Source: Octopus bimaculoides | Lineage: Eukaryota | Assembly: GCF_001194135.2 (NCBI RefSeq) | Contig: NC_068981.1 | Span: 139,263,107 to 139,295,953 of the forward strand | Direction of reading: 5' to 3' | DNA: 32,847 nt | Shown: positions 20,555 through 32,330 of the stretch, piece by piece | How positions within the stretch are numbered: position 1 is the first letter of the stretch | How the letters are laid out: each line of letters begins with the position of its first letter | Position numbers and translations under genes: made by a program | The notes under the pieces: generated by a model | What the model was told of the DNA's origin: nothing | Database searches by the model: none | The model's input: only the letters and a program-made list of their open reading frames with translations

Positions 20555-21970
20555 AAGGATGTGATTTGACGGGTAATTGACTGCTATGTCAACCTAAATC
20601 TTAGAAGTTTAATTTGTTGATTCAGATATACATATGGATAAATATTGATTAAGCAGTAGAGGAAAATTCGGTTGCTATTTCTATCATTTTGAGATACCAG
20701 GAGAAGTCTCCCACGCTGGTTGAGGTAGGGCATTATTCTTTACAGTTTAGTCAAAATGGGAAAGGCAGCGTCTAGTAACTTTTTATTTCTTTGCAGGTCC
20801 TCTGAAACTCAAGAGATGAAGGAATTTATTCTCAAGCCGAAGACCTCCCCCAACTGAACATCAATAAAGAAATCCAAGGACCATGTGTTACTCAGATCGA
20901 CTGTTTAGACTCTACTAACCAACGATACAGAATCCATTTCGTTCGACCCTTTAACAATTCGGCCATGTCACATCTCTCGATGTGTATGTAATTTTATCGA
21001 TCTTGAAAGGATACAGAACAAAGATGACCTTAGTTGGATTAGAACTCACGTCCCAGAGAGCTAGAACAAATTTCACATCGAGTTTTATGCAACACTTTTA
21101 ATGTATACATCATACATAAAACGATATATTAGGGTTTGAAGGAAATTTCGTTGCTATGCCTATCAGGTCTTGATGTCATACCGAGAAATCATGTCGAGAC
21201 TCCGTCGCTGTTTGACACACACATGAATAATGCAGAGTGCGATTTGAACGTGACTGGACCCCTATTTATTGTGGGTCATACTATCACATATATGTGTCTA
21301 TTCTTGGCGCATATATAAGACGTTGGTATTATCCGAGAGAAATATAGCTTCTAGCAAGCACACAGAAATCTGCCTCCTTGACTAATCAATACACAAACAT
21401 GCACACATATAAAAGAGTGGAGTACGGTGTGAGGGAGATCATGCATAAGACATGAAGGTGTAGTTTCATGGAATTTTACTGATATTTTAAACAGATATAG
21501 ATCCACTGTAGAGGCCTCCTTCGTTGGCTCAAACAAACATGTGTTCATTCATAAGACAGAATATGTGATTTGAGTGAGATTTGGCAGATATTTCAGTAAG
21601 TTCGAAATACATTGTAGACACCGTTGCGTTGTTCGCTCATGTATATTAGTCTATGTTATCGCAATACAACAGTATCGCAAAGGCATTAGAGTGCCTTTAG
21701 TAAATTAGAAGAGGTGCATCAAGGGAATATATAAAATAAACTTATAAATATATAAATGCGTGTATGTATGTATATTTGTATGTATGTATGTATGCATGCA
21801 AGACGGTAGTGTGCTACTTAAGGGAAAATTGGCTGCTATTTCTAGCAAGCCAGTGAATACGCAAAGGCACATCGTTGGCTATTTTATTATACATTAAGGT
21901 GTGATTTGAAGGCGATTTGGCTCGTAACAGGTTATGCTCCCTCAATTAAGTCTCTTTGCTTGGCTCAAAC
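20555..21970 (-). mobile_element. Cluster of at least 7 same-orientation fragments of the family E core
   Basis: Variants of TGTGATTTGAGGGAGATTTGGCTGCTATTTCTAGCAAG and AGAGGCxCCxTCGTTGGCT at about 20557, 20655, 21132, 21340, 21505, 21562, 21820 and 21897. Confidence 0.55.
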
Positions 21971-22030
21971 ATATCTATATACGTGTATTCAACACCTGAA
22001 AAACACTATAACAGAATTTTAGATACACTT

Positions 22031-22243
22031 GAGGCGGCGAGCTGGCAGAAACGTTAGCACCTCGGGCGAAATGCTTAGCGGTATTTCGTCTGTCTTTACG
22101 TTCTGTGTTCAAATTCTGCCGAGGTTGACTTTGCCTTTCATCCTTTCGGGGTCGATAAATTAAGTACCAGTTGTATACTGGAGTCGATGTAATCGACTGG
22201 CGCCCCTCCCCCCAAATTTCGGGCCTTGTACCTAGAGTAGAAA
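22031..22243 (+). mobile_element. SINE family A, full-length young copy with a perfect 19-bp TSD
   Basis: AGAATTTTAGATACACTTG at 22013-22031 and at 22244-22262. tRNA-like head with a GTTCAAATTC B-box-like motif. Confidence 0.96.
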
Positions 22244-22552
22244 AGAATTTTAGATACACTTGTTAGGATCAAATTTCATAAAAGATAATTTTTTAATCAC
22301 TTGAAATATCCAATTTGTTTTAGTAGACGGTCTGCGTTTAAATAATGAACATATTTCATTTGTTGCTTTGGTACTGTTGGTAAATATAAGACTAGTCCAG
22401 TGTTACATTATTTTAAGGAAACTTCTATTAGAATGATACCGTTTTTAATTTCTTCATAAACCATACATCCGTTATACTTACTGTTTATATTTTGTAGTAT
22501 TTAATTATTACTGCATTTGAAACAAATTCCTGTTTATCTTGTTTATTGATAA

Positions 22553-22872
22553 AATGGCACTCTTTCGGTTACGGTGACATGGTTCGAGTTGATCGGATCA
22601 ACGCAACAGCCTACTCTTGAAATTAATGTGCAAGTGATTCAGAACTCCATAGGCACTCATATCCTTAGCGTAGTTTTCAGAAAGGTTCAGCGTGACACAG
22701 AATGTGACAAGGCTGGTCCTTTGAAATACCTGTACCACTCATTTTTGCCAGGTGAGTGGACAGTAGCAACGTGAAATAAAGTGTCTCACTCAAGGACACA
22801 ACATGCCGCCGAGAATCGAACTCAAGACCTTACGATCATAAGCTGATGTCATAACGACTAAGCTACGCGCCT
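22553..22872 (-). mobile_element. SINE family C, full-length diverged copy
   Basis: On the minus strand: head AGGCGCGTAGCTTAGTCGTTA...GAGTTCGATTC, CORE-like block, and a tail with the GTTGATCCGATCAAC hairpin. Colinear with 2528-2780. Confidence 0.88.
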
Positions 22873-23090
22873 ACGATAAGAGTATTTAAATATTGCATAC
22901 TTTTATGGGTACCACGGTTGCTGATGTCATTAGTTGGCCCAAAGTCATTCCAGATGGAGCAAATCTATGTTTAAATTGCCTTCCAATTGTGACCATCCCA
23001 TATATTCTTATATCAGAGACTAAGTTCTATTTTTTAACATATCCGGCATTATTCAAGGCAATAGATATATTTACACACACACACACACAC

Positions 23091-23121
<31 letters not shown>

Positions 23122-23432
23122 AACTTATCCTCGTTGTTTTAAACGCACATCTGTAATGTTTTTCAATAGTATACGCTGGAAGTATGCCGCAACAGAAAAA
23201 GAAACTATTGTACGTTTTTATATAGATGTTATTGTCTAAAGCAGAGTATTGATGTGAAATACAACTACAGATATGTAATTAAAGACAATATGAGGTGAAA
23301 AATACGTGTTCCGTCCATCACTTTTCAAAAAATCGCCACCAGCATCGTCGTTATTCTCACCTATCTTTATATGAATGTTTCTCTCTCTTCATGAGCGTTA
23401 ATTCCTAATATCTCTCTCTACCCCACTATTCT

Positions 23433-23435
<3 letters not shown>

Positions 23436-23502
<67 letters not shown>
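23436..23502. repeat. (GA)n microsatellite
   Basis: Seen directly. Confidence 0.95.
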
Positions 23503-24012
23503 CGACAGGGGAGAGAAAAATAGAAAAGAAAGATAAAATTGACTGAAGAAGAAAGAAAAAGAGTCCGACGTCATACAAATGTACTACCGCAATCATCATT
23601 ATTATTCTCCTTCTTCGTTGTCTATGTTACTCTCTTCATGTGTACTCTTCATTCTCTATTACACTCCATTTCACTACTATGCAGTGAAAAAGAGAGATTG
23701 CCACTGCTACGTTAGCTCAACTGTCTTGATAGAAATTTGAGGGAGCGTTGTCTGCTATTTCCCGACTAAATTTAGTTAATATTAGGCTGAAGAAAAAGTT
23801 CGTGCGCTGTGTTAAAATAATGCTTTTTAAATATTTATGTTATGTGTGTGTTCATTCAGCTTATGTCATGTTCAATGGTGACTCACGGCGCACAAACTTT
23901 TTCCTCAACCTAGTATAATAACTAATTGATCGACTATATTTCCAAATTATGACTACATTTGAGGTATATATTTTGTCCATTATAGACATATGCAAAGATA
24001 TATACCATCATG

Positions 24013-24046
<34 letters not shown>

Positions 24047-24079
24047 TAATTGTAGATAACTATATAATCTATGCCAAAG

Positions 24080-24200
24080 CGCAGCACTTTGGGTAAGTGT
24101 TCCCTACTATAGCTCCGGGCCTACCTAAGCCTTGTGAATAAATTTAGTTGTTGGAAACTGAAAATAAGTCAATAGTGTGTGTGTGTGTGTGTGTGTGTAT
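24080..24200 (+). mobile_element. SINE family B 5'-half fragment followed by (TG)n
   Basis: GCACTTTGGGTAAGTGTTCCCTACTATAGCTCCGGGCCTACCTAAGCCTTGTGA...GGAAACTGAAA matches about 29074-29155. Confidence 0.75.
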
Positions 24201-24281
24201 TGTAATGTGCTTGAAACATTGTAATGTAAATGATAAAAATATGTGAGTATATATGCATCAACACACATATGCACACACACA

Positions 24282-24336
<55 letters not shown>

Positions 24337-24514
24337 TGTCATATATATGTATATGTGCAAGGTGGGGAGTGTACACAAAGAACCAGCCGTCATGAGCGAA
24401 AGAGTATTGCTTGGTAACATGTACTATACTTTCGCTAATTTTTTAGGTGTCTGTGTAATTACGAGCAGATATAAGGACCATATTTGTTCTCCCATCCTTT
24501 GACTCAGTAGCACA

Positions 24515-24656
24515 TTCAGGATGTGACAACTAGTGGGAGAGAAAGCTACATCAGAACTAGGTTGGTATTCATTTTCAGTTGAGTAAGGTGGAGCAATGTA
24601 GAATAAAGTACCTTACTCAAGGACACAAGCACTGCCAAGTCTAAGAATGGAAACCT
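24515..24656 (-). mobile_element. CORE-like SINE fragment
   Basis: CATTTTCAGTTGAGT...TAAAGTACCTTACTCAAGGACACAA. Paralogous to 24880-25052. Confidence 0.7.
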
Positions 24657-24689
24657 AATTATTAGGGCATGTTTCTTCACAGATGTGTG

Positions 24690-24746
<57 letters not shown>

Positions 24747-24879
24747 CTAGCCATCACTCGCAAACGATTATAACCTAGTAGCATCTAACATCCTTTCTTT
24801 AATTGACTTTGGTGCCTATCTAGTCGCGGCAAGACATAGAAGCCAACTCTGTCTTCGTAGCCATGGACACCCGAAGAGC

Positions 24880-25052
24880 GTTGAATATGTGACAAGATGG
24901 TGGGAGAAAGGGTTGCGTCAGCACTCGGCGGGTACGCATTCTCAGTTGAGTGGATCAACGTGAAATTAAGTATCTTACTCAAGGATACAATACACTGCCT
25001 GGCCCAGGATTCGAAGACATGACCGTATAATCGAGAGCTCCATACCCTAACG
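24880..25052 (-). mobile_element. CORE-like SINE with a tRNA-like head remnant
   Basis: ATGTGACAAGATGGTGGGAGA...CAGTTGAGTGG...CTTACTCAAGGATACAA...GGATTCGAA...CCCTAAC. Confidence 0.7.
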
Positions 25053-25293
25053 TTATAAGAAAGAATAAAAACGTTGCTTGACCTTATTAAAAAAATTAGG
25101 TTGTTGAGACTTCACTGGAAACTTCGAAATACGAAATATTTATTCTTTCATTCAGAAGACCAGCATTCTATTGATTTGGTTAGTGGCAATATGCATTGTT
25201 TCTATTAGAAAAATATCCATTATAAGGTTTGAAGTGTATCTTACCTTTATTCTTCTTTTATAGTTTGTAGGTCACTGATAATAGGAAAATATG

Positions 25294-25800
<507 letters not shown>

Positions 25801-26129
25801 TACGTTGTCAGTCCAAATGACTGACTGTTATCCATGAAACTAAATAAAAACAATAGAGAGATTATAAATGAGAAAAGTTTGAAATGAGTATATTTAGAAC
25901 AAACGACAGCATCTCTTTGCTGCACAGTTTAATAACAATCTTGATAGGACTGGGCCATAAATTGTTATGTAAAACATCAGAGTCTACTTGAGCAATCTTG
26001 GTTGAGATTAGTTTGATAGTGTGATATCAGAAACTCTTCCTGTAATAAGTCTTTCTCACTAGTGAAGGAGACGACTAATAAATCAGTGGATTTCTACTCA
26101 ACACATCCCACATCGTCTACGTATAGGAA

Positions 26130-26200
26130 TACTTATGTATATATGTATATGGATACTGTACGCATATTCTTTTATATATACATAAATATATGCATTTGCC

Positions 26201-26276
<76 letters not shown>

Positions 26277-26530
26277 TACATACTTTACACACTCACATAC
26301 ATACACACATATATGTATCTGTGTATATATATGCGTGTACGTGTCTGTATAATATAAATATACATATATCTGTATTAACGCATATATATATATATGTATA
26401 AAATAATTTCTGATACACATAATATATATGCATTTAAATGTAAATATATACATATAAATATGAAGTATATGTAAGTATATACACATGCATTTGTAACATA
26501 TATGCTTATATGTGTTTATATCTTTACGAA

Positions 26531-26563
<33 letters not shown>

Positions 26564-26592
26564 CACACACACACACACACATATATATATAC

Positions 26593-26628
<36 letters not shown>

Positions 26629-26840
26629 ACGCATACATATATGTATATGATATATGCGTGTGCATATGTGTGTACATGTTTGTGGGTATGTGTGCATATA
26701 CATATATTTATATATACTCACACACGTTCATATTTATATGCATGTATATCCATACATACAGATGTAAACACAGAATTGTATATGACCATAGAGATGTTTA
26801 TACTTTTTAGCTGTATTGTCATACACGAGTATACATACAT
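26130..26840. repeat. (TA)n/(CA)n/(TG)n degenerate microsatellite field
   Basis: Seen directly. Confidence 0.9.
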
Positions 26841-27509
26841 TCATGGACACTTGTAAAAACAGAAATATACGCAAAGAATTACATTAAAACTCATTCATAA
26901 ATGTACCTATATATGTGTGTACAGATATAATAAGTGTAACTATGTTAATAACACGCACACTTTCACAGTTTCAGAAACAGACACATTTACAGCTTCACAC
27001 ACATATAATTTGAAAAACCACTTAGAATTGAGAGTAACTATAAATTCTTTCTATGACTCAATAACAGTAAATCATAGCTTATATTAGACATACATTCCAG
27101 AGAAACTAACGAGTGGCTGAATATAATGGGAGCGGGGAGTGGAAGCCTTAAAGTAAGGATATTCGAGTAAGAGAGATGGAGATGGAGAGAATAAGGTTAA
27201 GAGGGAATTAACTAGTTACTACTGTTAGATAGAAAATTGTGAATGAGGAAGAGAAAAACAAAGCGAGATGGGAATTAAGAGGGTAAGAAGACGACGATGG
27301 CGAAGAAGAAGCGTGAAGAAAATGTGCTGTAATTCTCAAGTATTTGCATCCAAGGATATATGAGTGAATCCATTATTTATCATGTGATATTTTGGAATAG
27401 TCACAAGGGAGCCCGTGTTTTAATTTCAGCGTAAGTGGATTAAATGGTTTTTCAATATTTAATTTGCAAGGGAGATCGATGTCATGCTAGCTATCGTTGG
27501 AGAACGTGG

Positions 27510-27935
27510 GAACAAAGCACCGAGTTCAAATCCCGCTGGAGGTCAATTTCAGTTTTAATTGCCCTGGGTTTCGATAAAATAGCAAAGAACTCCTGTAGAT
27601 ATTACTAGATTAGATTCCCACAACACAAATCAAAATTTGATTTGAAGAGGAGGTTGACTAGCTGAATCGTTAGAGTATTGGAAACAATATCTTACAATAA
27701 TTGGCTGTGTGTTCGAATCACACCGAGGTCAACCTGGGTCGATAAAATAAATTACTCAAGTACAGTCGTCATTTATAATCAATCTTCCGCTTTTTACGCT
27801 CTCAGTTCAAATTCCGCCGAGGTCCACTTTGCATTTCATACTTCTGGAGTCGATTACCAGTTGAGCATTGGGATCGATGCAATCGACTAACTCCTCCCTT
27901 GGAAATTACCGGTCGTGTTTCCAAATTAGTATTAT
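27510..27935 (+). mobile_element. Three degraded SINE family A fragments in tandem orientation (about 27510-27570, 27650-27760, 27795-27935)
   Basis: Repeated GTTC(A/G)AAT..C..CGAGGTC..C motif followed by TCGATAAAATA. The third fragment includes CCAGTTGAGCATTGGGATCGATGCAATCGACT. Confidence 0.7.
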
Positions 27936-28429
27936 TTCCAGTAAGGTATATTTTTCACTCAAAATTTTGACGGCTGCGTGTAAATGTAAAATCTTCTAAA
28001 CGCTCTCACTTGTGTGTGTGTGTGTGTGTGAACTGGAAGAATTGTAAGAGTGTCGACCAAAATGTGTTGTAGTATTTGTCTCGGTTCTTTGTATACATTG
28101 TTCAAATGTCGTGTAAGTCAACAGCGCTTTCCATTCTTGCGAAAACAATAAATACCAGACCAGAGCGGAGAGTGAGAGTAATTACTAGAACGTTGGATAA
28201 AATGCTTTACTTTGTTTGTTTGTTCCGACTGCATCCGTTCTGTGTTCCCAAGAATGTTTAGCAAACTTGTTCACACCTCGTTGACAAGTTGGTGTCTGGT
28301 GAAAAAGAAAAAAATCCAAATGAAGACAAAGACAAAACAACTTTTCTATTCCTTTCAAGAAAATTCCATAACAAACACAGAGTTTATTAACGAAGCCATG
28401 CAAGAGCCTAAGCATTTAACAAAATATTT

Positions 28430-28765
28430 TATTGGATTCTCGTTGCTTCGACGAATGAGGGTTCAGCAGGGTACAACTGCAGTGTTCTTAGTTCGATATT
28501 TTACCGTTTCGTCTCATGTGGAAATTCAGGAATCCGAGTGATCCTGTTGCACACATTGCACTAGAAGATCATGCCATTTAGAAGAAGATTGGAATCGGCT
28601 CTATGCTGGGCTCTGTTCTCCTTCAGAGTGTTGGCATCGTCTGCATCAGTATCGGACGTTGTTTGGTAGCAAGAGCTTTCCCACTATCTTCTATTTTGTA
28701 CTTCCGATTCCCACGTCTTCAGGTTTATCTTGCAGGCCTTGCCTTCAAATAGTTCTTTATATCAA
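28430..28765 (-). mobile_element. 5'-truncated RTE-clade (BovB-like) LINE: ORF C-terminus and short 3' UTR
   Basis: Minus-strand translation: (R)YKELFEGKACKINLKTWESEVQNRR*WES...TLKENRAQHR...F*CNVCNRI/LGFLNFHMR. This matches the RYKDxLKxxLKAC.I...WE..A.DR..W and terminal CxxC...H pattern of RTE ORFs. Confidence 0.8.
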
Positions 28766-28791
28766 GCAGATAGAATACTGAAACATTTATA

Positions 28792-28890
28792 TTTTTCTAA
28801 ATGAGTATTTACATTTAAAATTATTTCGGGGATTGTTTTTCTAAATGAGTATTTACTTTTAAAATTATTTCAGGGATTGTTCAGGGATTG
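28792..28890 (+). repeat. 44-bp tandem duplication plus an 11-bp terminal re-duplication
   Basis: 28792-28835 versus 28836-28879 differ at 2 positions, then TTCAGGGATTG is repeated. Confidence 0.9.
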
Positions 28891-29001
28891 TTCCTGCTCG
28901 GAGGAAGAACATGGTAAGAAAAGAAACTCCCGATATTTACCGTTATGTGGAGGAACCATTGAACGAAGGGTTTAATATTTAGATTGCACTTATGACAGAA
29001 T

Positions 29002-29175
29002 AGGCGTAGGAGTGGCTGTGTGGTAAGTAGCCTGCTTACGAACCACATGTTTCCAGGTTCAGTCCCACTGCGTGGCACCTTGGGAAAGTGTCTTCTACTA
29101 TAGCCTCGGGCTGACCAAAGCCTTGTGAGTGGATTTGGTAGACGGAAACTGAATGAAGCCCGTCGTGTATATATA

Positions 29176-29213
<38 letters not shown>

Positions 29214-29438
29214 GTGTGTGTGTGTGTGTGTTTGTGTATCTGTGTTTGTCCTCCCAACATCGCTTGACAACCGATGCTGGTGTGTTTACGTCCCCGTAAC
29301 TTAGTGGTTCGGTAAAAGAGTCTGATAGAATAAGTACTTGGCTTACAAAGAATAAGTCCTGGGGTCGATTTGCTCGACTAAAGGTGGTGCTCCAGCATGG
29401 CTACAGTCAAATAACTGAAACAAGTAAAATAATAAAAG
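29002..29438 (+). mobile_element. SINE family B, full-length, well-preserved copy with an internal (TA)(TG) microsatellite
   Basis: A-box-like TGGCTGTGTGG, B-box-like GGTTCAGTCCC, central microsatellite at about 29166-29232, and a 3' half ending GAAACAAGTAAAATAATAAAAG. Confidence 0.95.
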
Positions 29439-29665
29439 CATTATGTACTGCTTGGTAAACGGGCCCAGTAAACTTTAGGGGGAATGAAGAGGGGGATGAA
29501 GTGGGATGAGGGAAAAAATCGGGGAACCTCGTTTCGAAGGAGTAGAAGTCATTGTTAGTAGGGGAGACAGAAGTTGTATGTTTGTGACTGAAATATTCCT
29601 GACTGGTGCCACAACCTTTCTTTGGACGTTGACTAGCACTGGAGTTGCAGCACTGGCCAACTCAC

Positions 29666-29757
29666 CTGAGGATCAATCTTTTACGCTGTGATGACAGAAG
29701 ATTACTTTACAAGTGAAGTTCCCCAACATCTCCCATCAAACCGTCACAAAAACCAGA
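29666..29757 (-). other. Candidate non-coding exon of a minus-strand transcript
   Basis: Consensus donor CCTCAG|GTGAGT (intron from 29665). Candidate acceptors at 29758-29759 and 29794-29795. All three frames contain stops. Lies in a unique-sequence island. Confidence 0.35.
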
Positions 29758-30120
29758 CTGTTGGTGTGTAAGACGGATAAACGACGGTGCTAGCTGATTG
29801 TAGATAGGATAGAACGGTGTAGCAGAGTCGGCTTGAAAGGATTACATGTGCAAAGGGGAGTTGTATGCATTGAAATCACTGAATTATAGCGTGAATTGAG
29901 ACACACGACCTCAGCACAAGACTGTATCGGAAATTTATGGCATTAGAAGTGTAAATGACTGGATATAGATTCGACTGTTCAAGGCATCGACGGGCCGAGT
30001 GGTCGAGTGCTTGTCTTTTCAGGCGTCCACCACGTCTTTTTAAGACACATTTGTTTAATTTTGCTAAGTCAGGATGCACTGATGTTTTAAGGGAAATTGT
30101 GTTCTAATTTTTAAAAAAAA

Positions 30121-30319
30121 TTTTTTACTCGTTTCGGTTCATTGTGATGCAACCGTGCTGAGTGACCGGCTTCAAGGGTTTAGTCGAATAAATCGACCTC
30201 ACAACTTAGTTTTGAAGTTTGCATCTTGTTCTATCTATCAGTTTTGTTGAATCGCTATGCCACGGGAACGTAAACAAAACAACGCCAGTTGTCAAATAAT
30301 GGTGGGGAACAAACACAGT

Positions 30320-30350
<31 letters not shown>
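30121..30350 (-). mobile_element. SINE family B 3' half, diverged, running into CA repeats and the gap
   Basis: TTTTACTCGTTTCGGTTCATT...TTTAGTCGAATAAATCGACC...CCAGTTGTCAAATAATGGTGGGGAACAAACACAG. Confidence 0.8.
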
Positions 30351-30353
<3 letters not shown>

Positions 30354-30768
30354 GACACACACACAATGATACGCACACACAATGATACACACACACAATG
30401 ACACACACACACACACATACACACACACACGNNNNNNNNNNNNNNNNNNNNNNNNNNNNNNNNNNNNNNNNNNNNNNNNNNNNNNNNNNNNNNNNNNNNN
30501 NNNNNNNNNNNNNNNNNNNNNNNNNNNNNNNNNNNNNNNNNNNNNNNNNNNNNNNNNNNNNNNNNNNNNNNNNNNNNNNNNNNNNNNNNNNNNNNNNNNN
30601 NNNNNNNNNNNNNNNNNNNNNNNNNNNNNNNNNNNNNNNNNNNNNNNNNNNNNNNNNNNNNNNNNNNNNNNNNNNNNNNNNNNNNNNNNNNNNNNNNNNN
30701 NNNNNNNNNNNNNNNNNNNNNNNNNNNNNNNNNNNNNNNNNNNNNNNNNNNNNNNNNNNNNNNNNNGT

Positions 30769-30808
<40 letters not shown>

Positions 30809-30809
30809 C

Positions 30810-30840
<31 letters not shown>

Positions 30841-31340
30841 TTGTGTATTTGTGTGTATATGCGCGTGGAGGCTTTGCTACAAAAGTTAGAAATCAAAGGA
30901 AACTGGTCAATAATTGATCTAACTCTCCTTTCCATTAATAGATAAATAATGTTGAAAGCAGAAAAGGATATAACTTCTTTATAGAGGAGGAAAATGCAAC
31001 ATTATCATTGAGTATATCGATAATCACAAGAATAATTATATTTTGAAAAAACTTATTTCAACTTTCAACGGCAAACCGGTTAACTCTGCTTCGTCAGGTA
31101 AGTCGATAGCATCGCGTAGCAAACTTATTTTTATGGCAGCATTACTATTGACTTAGTATTGATATGAGGGTCAACACGTCATCCACGTGTCTGTCAGTAA
31201 TTCTGGAACTAATAAGTTCAAAGAATATGATAGTGTAAAAGGGAAACTGGGAGCAGCGAGTAACTTCGAAAGAATGAGTAAGATTTAAAATTGATGTTTG
31301 CCCACTTGCGTTTACACATACATGCATTCATGTATACACA

Positions 31341-31397
<57 letters not shown>

Positions 31398-31464
31398 GTG
31401 GAGAATGGAGCAACAAATACAAGAAGAAGCAATTCTGTTGGGCTAGTTAGCCGTTGTTTTATTG

Positions 31465-31542
31465 TGTGGAGGTTATGTAATGAGTCATTGTGGAGGTTGA
31501 GGTTATGTAGTGAGTCATTGTGAATGTTATGTAATAGTCATT
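31465..31542 (+). repeat. Three imperfect 23-30 bp tandem units, two containing TGAGTCA
   Basis: GAGGTTATGTAATGAGTCATTGTG-type units. TGAGTCA at 31481 and 31511. Confidence 0.8.
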
Positions 31543-31559
31543 TACGTACGTTTCAATCT

Positions 31560-31790
31560 AGCCAATGGTTTGGCAGATCTCATCAGAATGTTGAGGAGTA
31601 TGTTAAGAGTTCGTGGTGCGAGGGATGTAGGAGAAGTGATTGGTGGGTATATTAATGTATATAGTGGTGTAATAATAGCGATAGGTAAAGAAAGCCTTAC
31701 GTTTTAGTTGAAGCTGTGTTGGTCTTCCTGTAAGGGGATGTTCAAATATCTAGAAGTCATTCAAAGTCGCAGGAGCTGTTGTGTTATAAG
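31560..31790 (-). mobile_element. Possible highly degraded Penelope-like RT-thumb fragment
   Basis: Minus-strand pieces GFLYLSL / TTIYINIPTNHFSYIPRTTNS / TYS.. / EIC loosely follow the PLE pattern FLDL...TxxYxKPTxxxSYL..HP..TKxSIPYSQ..R..RIC, but need several frameshifts. Confidence 0.3.
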
Positions 31791-32228
31791 TACCTGGGTG
31801 AGATAGTTGAGCCGGGGTAGTATTCTAGCCTCCCTTCATAAAAACCCTGATTTCTTGAAGACTGGTTACGGCAGATGCTTTCCTTTCCTGTCGGTCTTTT
31901 TAAAAACGTGAACAAGAAAAAACAAACAAACAAACAAACAACATGACACCCAAAATACATTGTACGCCTAATAAGAGAATAGAAACTCAATAAGATGGTT
32001 CCGTTTGGTCTGTCTGTATGTCTGTCGGTAGGTTGGACTGGTAATAGGACTTTAACACATCACAGTCTCTAGTGCAAATGGATGCTGAGATTTATATGTC
32101 AATAAAAATTGAAATATAGCTATCTCAGCAATCAAACTGCATTAATATTCTATGTAACAACATCTTGTGCGATTGGATGTGTATATATGTATGTGTGCGT
32201 GTGCGTGTGCATGTACGTGTGTGTGTAT

Positions 32229-32261
<33 letters not shown>

Positions 32262-32282
32262 CACATACACACACACATTAAT

Positions 32283-32330
<48 letters not shown>

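Noticed and set aside
25245-25274. 30-nt minus-strand micro-exon (TATCAG| ... AAG|GTAAGA)
   Set aside because: Stops occur in all three frames and it abuts a (TC)n repeat that mimics a pyrimidine tract.
29002-29075. SINE heads as genuine tRNA genes (also 19203 and 22031)
   Set aside because: A/B boxes are present, but I see no complete cloverleaf or acceptor stem, and each runs into a dispersed repeat body.
31095-31103. Plus-strand donor CAG|GTAAGT
   Set aside because: I found no plausible acceptor, ORF or promoter upstream; an isolated match is expected by chance in 33 kb.
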